A stretch of DNA of 64,000 nucleotides. Source: Trichosphaerium sp. ATCC 40318 (taxonomy: Eukaryota > Protista > Tubulinea). Below, piece after piece: positions 23,366 to 37,800 of this stretch (its first letter is position 1; every line of letters starts with the position of its first letter). The DNA is taken from the NCBI GenBank assembly GCA_038496445.1, contig JALMLS010000213.1, positions 186,001 through 250,000 of the forward strand, in the 5' to 3' direction. The notes under the pieces were generated by a model, which saw only the letters and a list, made by a program, of their open reading frames with translations, ran no database searches and was not told the origin of the DNA. A program made the translations under genes and the position numbers.

Positions 23366-26300
23366 TCATGTTTCTTCCATTTCTACTTCTTTAGGTATTG
23401 TATTTTTAGGTTCCTTTGGTTTGCTTACCCTGAAACTCATTGACCGTAACATCCCAACAAAACTCTGCGTTTTAGACTAAAAAAAAAGAGTAAGAAAAAA
23501 TTTCCAAACTGCTCAATAAGGCTTGAACTTTCAGCTGTTTTAGCTGTAATTATTGCATTGCCGCATGGTTTACTGTATTGTTTCAAAAAGCAAAGAAAAA
23601 TATGTATCAAAACACGTGTTGATGACGTACAATCTTTTGTTTTTGAACAAGCCGTTGTGCAAGATTAGGTTCTGGAGCCTCCGCTACCGAGCTTGGTTCA
23701 GTATCACATGATTCCGTAACGCTGTTATTATCTTTTGGAGAAGGTGAAGCACGTCTAGATCCTTTAATACGTGCACTCATCTCAGGACTCATTGGAGCTG
23801 AAGACACAGAAGATTCTTCTGTAATAGGTTCAATCTCAACTGAGTTATGCTCTGCTGCTTTACTGCTTTTCTTGCCTCCAACATCCTAAACGTATATGTA
23901 TTAGTACTAAGAAGAGAATGGTCCTATAAAAAACAACAAACGCACCGATTCATCTGGCATTTCAGATAAAGGTTCAATTCTTGATTGAAGTTGACTTCGT
24001 CTTTGTGCTCTTGGACTGTTTGGCATCATTGAACTTAAGTTGGGAGAGATCGAAGTACGTCTAATGCCAGTACCAGTGCCATAGTTTTTATCATCATAAC
24101 CCTAAGAATCGTTAGACAAGTTGAAGTTTTGTGGGTTGGAAAAAGTTTTTGAGATTCATACCAAAACTACAACTTTGTATATCCGATAGAACTTTGGTAC
24201 GTATAGTAGTATTAATGTTAATGTTGTAGCGAATAGTATCCCATAGACTTGTACTAGTTTGGCTGTTTGGTATTCAGCAACAATGATGGATGCAGCAGCT
24301 ACTACAATTGCTACAAAAGTGATATTGTAGATCTTGAAAAAGTCAAGGAATGAAAGCGGATGAAAGCGGTTTCGCAAAAAATCGTAAAATGGAAGTTTTG
24401 TCATGCCTATGGCTAGCCAAGAAATTATTTGCCTTGATAATAGCAACCACTTAATTTAGTAATTAAAGAAGGTTTTTGTTTCAAGGATTAGATGTTGGCT
24501 GCCTGACACAGCCATACAAAGCTGAATGTTGTTTTCGAGGAAAAAAAAAACTTGATTTGAAAGGATACACTTGCTGAAATCCATTTTGCCTCGCTGAATC
24601 TTTCCGTCACTTTTCTTATCTGTATACATAACACCAAGCACATAATAAGTAGTATCAATTTATAACCACCAAGAAAAAGTTCAAACATAAGTAAAGTTGA
24701 TGCACGTTTAGTTGTGCATGCATTTATAGTAGTGACTGGATCTCCATCTAATACAATCAGTACAATATACTCCAAGGCGTTAAGCAACATGAAACCCATG
24801 GCGTACCGTCTGTCAAGTCTACATTTATGAGAGATGAGCGAAGATGGTCAATTGAACTCCATAGTATCAAAATAACCTAAACAAGAAAAGTTACAACAAG
24901 CGCTTTTTGTCCATGCTGATGGTTGCTACGCACAATTTCTACTAATATGAGAATAAATACATATTTAAGTAAAGAGTTTGTTCTTATAGTCAATACACGC
25001 ATTGCTTTATTATTGAATATCTTCTGTATTCGCCATGTTTTAACAAACAAGCAACTAAAAAAAAATCGTGTTAGATGACTTGCTTTGCAAGTAATTCATT
25101 TGGCACGTACGCAAATACTGTGATATAAGCTGTACCAAGAAGCCACGGAATAAGAAAACATATAATATCACGTGCCAATGTAGGGAGACTCTATAATATT
25201 GATTAGCCGCTAAAAAGCTTTACATGTAGAAAAAGTAGAAGAAAAATGCTGTGAACAGTGACGTACTTCAAAATCTAGCACCCATAAAATGCAAGTAAGA
25301 TATATAACTGCAATACCACATAAAATAATGATATGGAAAAGAGATGTAGACGCTAAGGGAATAGAAGTAAGTGAAGAGCAGATTGAAAAGTCACAAAAAA
25401 AAAAAGAATCACAATGATATTACCTTTGATTGCTGGTTGCTCCCAATAAATTATAACAAGGACTAGGAAAACAATACATAAAATAAATCCCAGAACAGAA
25501 GCAATAATAGCAGCATATGAAGCTCCGCTATTAAGATAAGTCACAGTAGCAGCTAGACCTACAAAAATCGTTAAGTTACAAGCAACAAACTAAATAGAAC
25601 TAACGATCAGTGGGTGTCTTCGAAGTGCCATCAGGCCATATTATCTGAGAAAAGTTACCAAAATCAGGCTCGAAACCAAACGACCATACGCCAACAGTCT
25701 CGAATTCACCAGCTTAAAAGAGTATCAACAGTCATGCGGTTTTCAACAGTGATTTTAAAAAAATACTCACTAGATTTCAGATTTACATATGAATACACTT
25801 CTTGTCTGTCTCCTTGCTCATTAAAAGAGACGTTGCCTAAAAGAACATTAATATGAATGGTGTTACAACAAGGCAAAGGTATAAACGCACTTGTTAAGCC
25901 TATAAAGCCAGGTGCATTTATCAACAACGAAACAAGTTCTGTTCCCTGAGGTAGATTTGAAATGTCGTTCCCAGGGGTACTAAGCCAAGCATCCCAAACA
26001 CTACCATTCATAAGAAACCAATAAAAAATTTCGTAAATAATTACTGTGCATATGCATAAACGGCATCATAAGCGTAAGGAGAGAATGACTTTACGAAAAA
26101 AGCATTAGTATTAAACATACAGTAACGATCGGATTTTTTTACTTACATTCGGTTCCTCTCCTGGCACACCTGCTCCAAAGTACTCCGTAGGGTCAAGTGT
26201 ATACCATTTTTCCAGAAAGGCGTCATATAAAGTTCCAACAGCTCCTCTTGGAATAGTACCAATGCATCCTTGCATTGCCTCAAGTACTGATTCATCAACT

Positions 26301-27520
26301 CCAGTAGAGTTCTCCCAAACATTCTGAGCGCCTCCATCAGTAAGAATCCAGGTATAACCAGAAGTAGGACCAGCCATCCCTTTACTAGATGCATAACGAA
26401 ATATGTTAGCGACATTTTCTCCAATACCAGCGGCTACTATAATCTACAAAGCAACGAGAGATAAGAACAATATCGATTCAAAAACAAAAACTGAAAAGAA
26501 AACTTACGAATGCCCCACTTTCTTTAATACGATCCAAATTAGTGGAAAGCTCTTCTACTGTAATAAATGTTAACAGCTCTTTAACTTCTATATCTTTTGT
26601 TGACTCCGTTATTGCGTTAGCAATGCCGACACCTAAATTGAATAAAATTCAGTAAATACTTTCTCCAACCACGTGATTTCTCGTTGAAAATGATTAAATA
26701 AACGTGCCGTAGTCTGTTCTTTGAGCAAGTATTGCGATACGTTTCCACCCACGTGATTGAATCAGTGATACTATAGCAACACCTATTGTCTGATTATCAA
26801 TAAAAGCCCTGATGTAGATAGATGTGCCTTGTAAAGAGTCTGAGGGTACAGTTCGAAGGAATGTAGGAAATGTTGTTTTATCGCTTAAATTTGGGCTTGT
26901 ACTTGAATAGGATATCGCAGTGACGTTGTAGACTTTGATTACAAGAAGTATTAATAACACAAAACTGGTTTTGAGTTGATGTAATTTTTTTCTATGTACC
27001 TTGGCCAATTGTTGCAACAACGGCTGAAACTCCGCTAGAGGCTGCTCCTAGGCATTTGTAAGCGTGCGAATGACGTGACACATGTATTAAATTACCAATT
27101 AACGCCACTACTGAATCGTTCCCGTTAACAATAAGGGATTGAGCGCCATTAAAACCTCCTTGTCTGGTTGTCTCTTTAGAAAATGTTACTTTTGTTTTTC
27201 TTGTACTTGACGCACCCGTATCGCGTACAAACCAGTTTATAGTAATACCCGGCAGAATATCTGTACTGTTATTTATTTCTTCCACTGCAACGCGCGCAAC
27301 AGCTTCTCGACTTTGTCCGCGGCTTCCAAGTGCGCCTACACGAATTTGGTCAAATAGACAGAAAAATAAATTAAATTACCCGTTAGTGGAAATAACCCGC
27401 CCAGGTTGATCTCTTGCGCTCCAATATGCACTGAAAAGCACACTAATAGTGCCAATACTAAATTGGCTTGTAAGTTTAGTAAATCAAATCAATGATCATC
27501 TTACGGCGTAGGCCATGCAT
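23366..27520 (-). CDS. Class C (GABA-B/Grl-like) GPCR: signal peptide, Venus-flytrap domain, 7TM
   Basis: EINLGGLFPLTG, 'GAASSGVS', 'AISYSSTSPNLSDKTTFPTFLRTVPSDSLQG', 'YAYDAVYAY', 'LFVKTWRIQKIF', 'FSEAKWISAS|IYN', 'LYVPKFYRI'; stop TGA 23366-23368. Confidence 0.92.
24333..24568 (-). other. U12-type (minor spliceosome) GT-AG intron in the GPCR gene
   Basis: Donor GTATCCTTT; branch site TTCCTTGAC followed by TTTTTCAAG acceptor; removal restores the conserved class C 'ExKxIxxSIYN' motif. Confidence 0.85.
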
Positions 27521-27615
27521 TTGATCAAGCAAGTTGATCTTTTAGTTCAAATTATGTCGCCACAAGTATTCGTTTTAAGTCTTGGTATCGACAGTGTCAC
27601 TCCCGTTTTGGTCGC

Positions 27616-29142
27616 ATGAACAGATGCGTGCGAGCTTGGGTGTCGTTGAACGCGCACAGCAGTATTACACGAAGAACGTTTACAGTTGGCACCTGTACAG
27701 TTCCAACACGGCAGTATGGGTTGTTAGAGCGACACAAAGGGCGGTTACCTTTCAGTGTAAGACTGAATTCAAAAAACCATTGGCGTTATGGCTCTTCGTT
27801 CTGTAGCGGTGGCCCAAACGCAGACACAACAGGTATTTTCGTATTTTAAACGAATATAATTAAACGCCGTTCTAAAATGTATACAAGGCCTTCACCACGC
27901 TCACTTGCACCTCAAGTGGTACAAACACCCACTTTGTATATTTTTTGGGATAGTTGCTGGCGCAGTAATAACACTAGCCGCTTATAATTCCACTTACGAG
28001 GAGATACCTATATTAGGTACGCTATTGGCACGCTTGTGTCAAATTCTCGCTTCATTTTGATTATCTTGCTCTAAACGACACGTTTTACTTTTAGATGAAA
28101 AGCAACTTAAGATACGCTGCGTTGACAAGCAATGGCAATCGCTATTGTACGATTTACTAAACACTGATCTCAAAACAGATCTCAAAGAGCAGTTAAACGT
28201 TACTGAAGTAGTACGTGAGTTGAGTATTCTTTTTTTTTTTTAGCCAACACATCTTTTTTTTTTCTTTGAAACTAATCGCGTATTAAACAAGGAAGAAGCA
28301 ATAGTTTGGGTCAAAAGTATTGGTGATCAACTCACAAAAGCTAATGGGTTACCTCCTTTGAATTACAACGTTGTACACTCAGATGTAGCCAACGCATTTG
28401 TCTTAGGTTGTACGTTTTAACTTTTTTTATTTATTACCAACTATACTTGTTTGTTGATTCCTACAGCTGAGGTATATGTATTCACAGGTGTATTACCTGT
28501 AATGCTAAACAGAGATGGAGCAGCTATGATAATAGGACACGAGATAGGACACGCTCTTGCTGGGCATTCTGCTGATAATATATACCAGCTTGCTGGTATT
28601 TTCTTGGCTGTTTCTTTAGCTAAGCTCTTTGGTTCAATATCACATTTCGATGTTGTCAGTCCTGTATGATTGGTTTTTTAGCTTTACATCACGTGTTGTT
28701 ACTCTAACATTTCTCGTGAAGATAGTTAAGGTAGCGTTAGATATAGCTATCTATCTTCCTGGTTCAAGGGAACATGAAGTTCAAGCTGATAAGATTGGCT
28801 TGTACCTGATGTCTCGGGCAGGTTTTGATCCAGAGGAAGGTCCTCGAGGTATAAAGCGAAAGCGATGAATGGATCTCACTTACTATTTATAGTTTTTAAG
28901 CGCCTAAGCGAGTTGGAGCATGCTAGTGGCGATTCAACGCCTGATTGGCTTTCCACACATCCAAGCACGGTAATTTTAATACTGAACAGAATTTCAGAAC
29001 ACTTTGCTTATGAGACTTTGTTTAGGATTCAAGGGTTAGCTTCTTGACAGAATTGCTTGAGGAACCAGAAATCAAAGAGCAAATCGAAAGAATTACTGCT
29101 AAAAGAGAACTTGAGAAGCCAAAGTACATGTTCTTCTGGTAA
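27616..29142 (+). CDS. OMA1: Peptidase M48 metalloprotease, OMA1-like (probably mitochondrial)
   Basis: Arg-rich N-terminus, 'ANAFVL', HEIGH zinc motif, 'SREHEVQADKIGLYLMSRAGFDP', 'WLSTHPS'. Confidence 0.85.
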
Positions 29143-29790
29143 CAAACACTCAACTCTTTAAACATACATCAACAACTGTACAATACATTTACAATCTGTA
29201 CGTTTTCTTAACAGGTTATGTCTCTATACAGACCTTTTCTTTTTTTGTTTTTTTTTCTGGTTTTCTGTCGATTTGGTATTTTTTGTTGTCACGTGATCGC
29301 GATGCGTCCATGTTTAATTTGTCTCGTTATTCACTGCGTTGTCTTAAAAAGCTTTTTCTTGAATGTATGATCTTTTTTTTGGCTCCTTTGCAGTGAACCT
29401 TAGGAGTCACTCTCAAACAGGGTTTGTGATTCTAACCGTTTCGACTAGTTCGGGGTTGTAAAACACAAAAAATCCAAACCAAGTAGTAGCTTTTTTTCAT
29501 GCCGCGTTTGGTAAGAGCGTGTTTTGGAAAAACCGTTGGGGTCACATTTTAGAATATAGCAACATCCATTGTTTAGGTTAAATTCTGGTATTTACTAACA
29601 AAAGAGTACTCTCACGTGATTGGTTACCCTTCTTTACCCATTTGGTGGGATTCAGTGCTGACAACTTATTCTTCTCCGTGCTTAGTCACATGCGCATGTT
29701 TGGATACTGTTATAGGGTCTTAGGAGTGTTTACTTTGGTTGTGAGTTTGCGAACACATTAATTTGTGCTAAGGCTCTCCCTCTCAACGTA

Positions 29791-32700
29791 ATGGCCACCC
29801 GCTCGTCCATAAATCCAAAGAGACACTCTAGGCACCGCCGACAGATGTCTGCTGACGGCAGAGTACCTGTTGCTCGATCGCGCAGCTATGGTGTCACCGG
29901 CAGTAGCTCGTACGTTCGAATTAGCGCTGCACGCATATTTTAGAATGCGTCAGCCTCTATTAAAACAGAATTCGTGCCTTATGTGAGCTGCAACAGGTCA
30001 CGTACTAGACGGTCAATAGAAAACGAAGAAGAGGCTACAAGAGCTATTAGAGCAGCATCGGAGAAGTTGGCTTCTCTTACACCTGAAAAAGCCGCTGTTT
30101 TTGGGGCTGGTGCGTTTGGTTATTACCTATTATTATAATTAAAACTATACACTACCTCTTTATAAGAGGTTGAATATTCGGCGACGTATTTCAGCACGTG
30201 AAGTGCTTTGAATGTTGAAAAAATGGATTTTTTTTTTTTGATAATTAAACTGCGAGATAGTATTACCACTAGCGCATTTATAAATGATGGAAGTTGCGCT
30301 AAATAGAGAGTTAGCTGATATACTCACACCGGATATAAAAGTGTCATTACTATCACAAAGCCATTCTGGAGCTAAGGAGGTACCCGCCTCAGTCCGACGA
30401 TCACGTACGCGCAGGAAGAGCTTTACAGTACGTTATTTTTACTTCTTTTTTTTTTTTTTTGAGTTTTTTTTGTGGATGTGGGCGTGAGTCTTATTTAATT
30501 TGATTATCACGTGCTCCTTAATTTAATAAAAGTAAAATCTAATCCGATTTATTAATTTATTAGAGGACTGTATTTCGTAAAAAAAGCAAAGATGATGATA
30601 AAAACTCAAACGACAAAAAGGTACATTATGCCAACCAGGAACCAGTACATGCTATATCGGGGAGAAGAAGGTCTGAAGCAATGTCCAGCCCAAAGGATGA
30701 TGAAGATGTAGTAGATGATGATGATAAATTAGAAAAGAAAAAGAAGTTATTACATTTTATTAAAGGCCGGAACGGAAAGTAAGTTTTATAAAAACTAATT
30801 TTGGAGAAAAAAAAATCACGTGATTGTTTCTATAAAAAAAAACGCTAAAGCTCACCTTTACTAATAATTTCTTGCTCCTTCTAGAAAACCAAAGTATGTT
30901 CTTGACTCTGAAGAAGCCATACAAAACTCGGAGGAAAATAGTGAAGCTACTAGTAGTGTACTAAGTTCTGGAAGTGCGTGGATAGTTTTTATTTCTTTCT
31001 TTGAATACGAATTTGAGTCTAACGTTAACGCCTTTCCAACGTCCTTGCATATTTACTCACGGTTTCTCTTTTTTTTAGAAGCTATTGCAGCCTACTTAAA
31101 AGAAAACAGTAAAAAATTCAGACGTAGATCAGCAAAGAGGTCAGATAAGTTGAAACAATCAAAACCAAAGGAAGATGATGTACCAACAATATTTGGAATG
31201 TATCTCGAAAACTTGCTAGACTGGGATGGCCAAACACGTAGCGTACCCATTATAATGCAACAGTGTATTCAATATTTAGAGAAAGATCAGCGGTAAGTAA
31301 AGAGATTTTTTGTGTTTTTTGAAAAGTATCACGTGATAACCTAGTGAAAAACGTTTTAATCATTTTTCTCATATTGTACCGTTGGCGCTCTGTTATAAAA
31401 AAAATCAAAAAATATTTCATCACGACTTACCACGTGGTTTTAGGTTACAGGAAGAAGGTATTTTTAGAAAGTCAGGAGATCATGAGCTTGTAAAAAAATT
31501 ACAACAAGCATATACAACACCAAATACAGTAGCAGATTTTAGCGAGATAAATGATGCTCATACTGTTGCTGCTTTCCTAAAGCATTGGTTGCGGTAAACT
31601 CTTTTTAAAAATATTTTAAATAACGTAATAAAAGTACTCACATATTTTAGGGAACTTCCGGAGCCACTTTTAACATTTGATCTTTATGGTACGATAGTGC
31701 TTGAAAAAAAAAAAAAACCACAAAAAAAAAAGTAGGCCTTCTTTGTTTTAATCGATACTGTGAATAGAGGAGTTCAAGGCAGCTTCTGAGAATGAAGATC
31801 CTGAAGAAAGAGCAAAGTTAGTTGCTGCTGCTTGTAAAAAACTTCCATCAGCTAATAAGTCAGTGCTATATGCTTTGATGCATTTATTGTATCGGTAAGT
31901 TTTTTTGGTATTACACTAAAAACAAGGTTATTCTATTTGTGTTTCAATCGATTGATCTCCTTTTTTTAGAGTCGTGAGAAAGTCAGAATACAATCAAATG
32001 ACTGCCGATAATGTAGGTATTGCATTTGGACCAACTATTATACGCCCAAGGGTGGACGATTTATATTCTTTGCTGTACGTATGTGAATTAACATTACACG
32101 TGAAAGCTAACAAAAGAATGACCTTAATAGAAATAACAATCGCGTCGTTGCTGTTATGATAGAAAGATACGATATAATAAAAGACACTCTTAGATCTAGT
32201 AGGAGTAAATCAGACGCTGGCATCTCAAGGGTATGTCCTTTGGTGTTTTTATCAAAAAAGCAAGAAAAAAAAATTACATGCAGTATTTGATGTATAACTT
32301 GCTTTATTCTTTACTACTTTACTCCTCTTTTATTGATCCGCTGTTACTAAAATTTTCTGTTTAGCGCCGAAGCAGCAAGCGTCGGGATTCAAGAGAAAAA
32401 CCAGAAAGACATGAAAGTCATAGTGAAAGACGTACAAGACGTGAAAGTAATGAAAGGCGTGAAAGACACGAAAGGCGCGAAAGACATGAGAGGCGTGAAA
32501 GCGCTGAGAGGCGTGAAACCAATGGCCGTTCTAGACGTGAAAGCAATGAAAGACGTGAAAGACATGAGAGGCGCGAAAGCACTGACAGGCGTGAACGACA
32601 TGAAAGAACTAGGAGAAGCTCAGGATCAGGATCAGGTTCTTCGTTGACTGCAAACGCAAGAAGTAAGAGACGAGCCAGAGCGGCTAGCACACAACCAATG

Positions 32701-32906
32701 AGAGGTAATTATACTTATAGATATAGATGCAGTATAGAGCAGTCATCACGGGCTATTTGTTTGTGCGATTAATCGCTTATAAGGTCGCTTACGTTCTTTT
32801 TTTTTCTTTAGTAAAGTACCACAGTGTAAGAATTATCAAGAAACCTCCTCCAGAAGAGGTTGTTGAATCTAAGTCCACTGGTGGGGATTTACGTAACTCT
32901 CAGTGA
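29791..32906 (+). CDS. RhoGAP-domain protein with charged low-complexity regions (start may lie further upstream, ~29499)
   Basis: 'VPIIMQQCIQYL', 'EEGIFRKSG' (Arg finger), 'VAAFLKHWLRELPEPLLTF', 'NQMTADNVGIAFGPTII'. Confidence 0.88.
32405..32610 (+). repeat. Imperfect 9/18-nt coding repeat (ERRERH-type) in RhoGAP tail
   Basis: Repeated gaaagacgt/gaaaggcgt/gaaagacat units. Confidence 0.75.
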
Positions 32907-33207
32907 TATAATTCTATTTACATTATAACAACAAGCGTTTTGCGCTTGCTCTTGGCTTACTACAAAAAAAAAACTCTTTAAAATAATAGTATTGTACAAA
33001 ACAAAGTGTAGTAAGAATTTAGTATTGTTTTTGGTGCTTTTGGAGAAGAAAAGATCACAAAAAAGCGGTTTAGAAGGTATTCCGCCGAAACTGTTTTTTC
33101 GCAGTTAAATTGACGTGATTACGTTTTATTTGCGTTGGGTGCTAGTATTGTGGTGTACGCTGGCGAATAAAAAATCTGTCAACTGTTTTCAGCTACAAAA
33201 CACAAAA

Positions 33208-34681
33208 ATGCTCGAGATGATACGCGCTCGTGCGCAAAAGAAGGAAAAACAAATAGTTAGGCCAAAAGAGACTAACGAGACTTCCAATATTTACTTATGG
33301 GGTCACGGAGGTTACTATAGGCTTTCACAAGGCACAGACGTTAGTATAGGACATCCTGTAGCTGCAAAGTTGTACAATGAACAAAAAGGCGCAAAATTCG
33401 AAGTTGTAACGTCTGGTGCAGCCCATATGGTAGCACTAAGCGAAGGAAGAGTCTACACATGGGGAAAGGTACATAGTAATTTTTCTTACTTAAAACCAAC
33501 AAAATACGGTTACTGACGCTATGGTAGTGTCATTTTGGTCAGCTAGGACACGGTGAGGAGGAGCATGATGAAAAACATCCATGGCCGATCGATTCGTTAA
33601 AGAATGTAAAAATAGCTCATATTTCTGCTGGAGAATCTCATATTGCTCTATTGTCAGATACAGGTGATGCTTATGTCTGTGGTGTTGGATTTTTTGGTAC
33701 TTTGGGCTTAGGAGATGAAAAGTTACGCACAGTACCCGAAATTGTAAAAGGCACGTGATAATTATGTGCAAAAAGTTATACATTCTATTTTTGGTCACAC
33801 AACACGTGAAATTCGAATGGCAAGTGTGATAGCACTACAACTATACTGTGTGTTCTCTTTTAGTAGCAGTACAAGCTTTTATTTGACTCGAAACAAATGC
33901 TGCTCGAAGTCCGACTAACTGAAGTTTTTCAGGTTTTGGTGACCTCAAAGTTATTGATTGTGACGGTGGAAAGTTTAACACTATATTCCTAACATCTGAC
34001 GGGAGTGTATGGATGACAGGTAGAAATGATATGGGGCAACTTGGTATAGGAGAAGATGAGAAGTTTAAGAGCCATCTACCAACAAAAATTCCATCTTCAA
34101 GCTTCGCTTCTACAAAGATTTCGCGTGTATTCTCAACCTGCTCATTATCCTTTTATGCTATAGATGATAAGGATAATGTATGGTGTTGGGGATATAACGA
34201 GCATGGCGAGCTTGGCTTAGATAATCAAGAAAACCAGTTCAAGCCTGTCCTCAACAAGCATCTATCCCAGAAGGGATTACAAGATATTTCTTTAGGCCAT
34301 ACATATGGCCTTGGTCTTACCAAAGATAACGTACTATGGATATGGGGACAAGCGTTATACTTTGGAGAAGACGAACACGACCTTGAGGTGATATCTAAGC
34401 CTCGTATTTCGAAAGCTTTTGAAGGTAAAAAAATTAAGTCTATTGCTGCTGGAACGTATCATGCTGCTGTAGTAGATATTGAAGGATGTGTATACACTTG
34501 GGGTGAGGCTATGTACGGTAAATTAGGTGATGGAAAAGATCAGTTGAAGCCACAAACCGTAGGACACCCAGTATTAGTAGAATTCCGTTATACACCTTTC
34601 AAAGTTGACTCTGAGGCTTTTAATGGTAAGCCTGTGCAAATAAATGCCGGATCAAACCATTGTATGGTTGTATGCGAATAA
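33208..34681 (+). CDS. RCC1-repeat beta-propeller protein
   Basis: Repeats 'VYTWGK..GQLG', 'WCWGYNEHGELG', 'IAAGTYHAAVV..GCVYTWGEAMYGKLG'; AATAAA overlaps the stop. Confidence 0.9.
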
Positions 34682-34813
34682 AATACACTCAAAGCTGAAC
34701 ACGTCTTGTTTGCTTAGCCGATTAATTAGCCGATAAGAGCCCATCACTAGAAACAAGTACTTGTCTATTTTGTACAACCGGCAGCTGTATGATCTTCAGT
34801 AAACAATGAGTGA

Positions 34814-37800
34814 ATGGTCTTTACTCCCTGTTTGTTTGAAAAATCCGAAGAATGTGCGGTACTTCTCGTGTTTATATTGCTAAGACTTAACACAGTATAT
34901 CCCAGTGTTAACAGAGGAGAGCGTGAGTGCGAGTCTTTATTTTGTGTCTTGATTTTGACAGCTTTCGCAACGAAATTTCTTATCAGTTTTTTGACCATCA
35001 CTTCTCAACAACACACGTGAAGCACCTTATGGAATACGGAATAGATTATATTAGAAAGGGGGATACCCTTGAGTTTGATTTCAAAGAGAGTAAGTGCAAT
35101 ACAAACATAAAAAAGATCAAAACATTTACGTGTTTCCCCGTCACGTGAAAAAAAGATATAACACTGTAGTAGATCCTGAAAATTACCCTGACGTGTTGTC
35201 TACATGTCTCTTCAAAGATCAAGAGGAATGGCACGTGAAATTAAACGAACCTAGACAAATAAAGTACTTTGAGGTACAAACAAGACTAACAATGTACGCT
35301 GTATGCTTACAGTGCGTAGGTAACTGTATTGGGGCTTTCTGGAGGAGCATTACGAATGGCTATGGGTTTATTAGCAGGAACAAGCTACTATATGGAAAGT
35401 GACGGTATTGTAGGTAAGGAAAAGTCACGTGCCGTTCCCAATCTATCGCTATGTTACACAAAAAAACACCTTTAACATTAAAAATGTTATAGCTTGGTAC
35501 AGTAAAGACGGGCGCTTGTTTGAAGGATATGAGAACCGAGTTATATCTAAGCCTTGGGGTTATCATGGAACTACAGTTGGTATGGGTATGGACAGTGTCA
35601 CAGGAAAAGTGAGTAATACTCCTTGTTACTACGATAATTCTTTTTATTATCTAATTCTTGTTTTGTAAACAGGTGTTCGTCACTTTAGATGGCGCTTTTC
35701 TAGGATTTCAGAGCACGTTAGGTGCGAAAGTACCTCAGTTCTATCCAGTCATTGGCATTGAAGCAGCTACTGCTTCATTTAAAGTCAATTTCACACCGCC
35801 TTTTGTTTATAATTTGGAGCCTATTCAATCCTTGTTGGAAGAAGAGGTACAGTCTTTTTGTCCTGTCTTTGTCTAAGTAAGCCCTTAGAGCACGAATATC
35901 AAGCATAGGTATGGTACATAATGATGTAGTGCTTTGACGAACGATAGAGTTGCTATGTCTGGATTAATGTCTAGAAGAAAGATGAGTGTACCAACCTTAG
36001 TTTCTCAACTTCAAAGTATTAAACTGAAAGCAATTGCTGCTGGCGATTCATCTTGTTTTGCGTTGACAAGTACGATTCACATCACGTGATATTATTAATC
36101 AACACATCTCGATAGCAACTGGTAAAGTTTACTCATGGGGATCCAACTTCGGTGGAGAGTAAGTTTTTTGTAAAGTTCTGAAACTGACTGTTTTGTTAAG
36201 ACTTGGTATTGGTGTGCAGGGTGATAACTTCCCTGAGCCACATAGAATAATGTTCCATGATCACATTAAGCTAATAGGCGCAGGTACAAAATGCGCTGCA
36301 GCGGTAACGCATGATGATCAACTGTTTTGTTGGGGACAGGTAGACCTAATGAGGATCGCATCAGCTGACGTGTTTGTAGTACAAGTCAAGCGAAAAACAC
36401 TACTCCCCAGTAAAGCAAGAGATCGATAAAACAGTGATATCTATGGTGGATTGTGGTATAGAACAAACTATTGTGTTGAGCAATAAAGGAGAGATATACG
36501 AACAAAGAAGCACCTTTAAAAAGTACGTAAAGATTTTAAAGGAACAAATTAAGAAAAATTCTTACTGCAAATTAAGGATCAGCCATGACTTCGGAAAGAT
36601 GAAAAGTATAGCAGTTGGTGTACGTAGAACGTAAAATTCCGAAAACTAACTAGTTTACTCATAGTCAAAAGCCATATTCGCTCTTTCAGGTAAAAGAAAG
36701 AAATCTTATTTTCTGATTTTTTTCTTATCTCACTATTAACTCGCTACTAGAGGAGGGAGATGCCCTTCGTGTAAATAATGATGGCACTGTTGTTCCCTTT
36801 TCAGAAGGAAACAATTTTATAAACTTAAGATACCGTTACATGTGTTGTACCGCAGTAACAGGTAAGGACATCTTGCATTGACAAAAGTATTGATACTGCA
36901 ATTGCAGAAAGCGGTGATGTGTATTATTGGATAGGAGACAGGAACAATATGAATGAACCTTTAAAGATAACAAAGGACCCTATTATTTATAAGCAACCGG
37001 AAGGAAAACCAAAAATTGTTAGAGCAGCGCCAAGTGGAAGAAGATCAAGACATTTCTTAGCAATCATTGATGGTACCTATTTTTTATGTGACAAAGTTGT
37101 CTTAATTTTTTACATCTAAAAGAGTGTGGTGGCGTTTATATGAACGGTCAAGATAAAAACGGAATGCTTGGACTAGGAGATAGTATCCAAGATACCAAAG
37201 AGGTGTTTGTGCGTCTCCCACAATTTGATGACTTTGAATACACAGATATTCTAATGGGGTAAGTAAAAAAAATAACACGCAACAGATGAATGAATTATGA
37301 CTTTTGTTTTCTTGCTTTAGATACAGTTTCACTTTGTTTCTATCGAAAGAACCTGAACACAGGCCTTGGGGGTTCTCGCCTGAGTTTGTAAATGTTGGTC
37401 ATGGATGGCAACCAAAGGGATATGGGAGAAATCCATATTCGATTTATTGTCTTGATGAAACAAAGATTGGTTACTGGTCTAACATGGAACATCGTGAGTT
37501 CATGAATTACTGGAAGTACGCATAGAGATTTTGGATTATTTCTATTCAGTATTTCCACCGAAGAGAAAACACGTGCTGAGGCAGTTTATTCTAAATTTTT
37601 TTAAGTAATCATCTGAATGGGGCTTCTTTTGATATTGACAAAGTGTACGCCATACAGAGTAAGGATCTAGAAATGCAATTCCTATCACAATACAATACAC
37701 TTCAAAATAAATGGGTAAGAAAGAACTAATTACGTGGAGTAACCGCTCACGCATGATTGTTTTAGGATAAAGCTCCATGGCTTTTCAAAAGGTTAGTCAA

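Noticed and set aside
32411-32647. 'VKDMKGVK' repeat ORF
   Set aside because: Wrong frame; splice phase places the exon in the ERRERH frame of the RhoGAP gene
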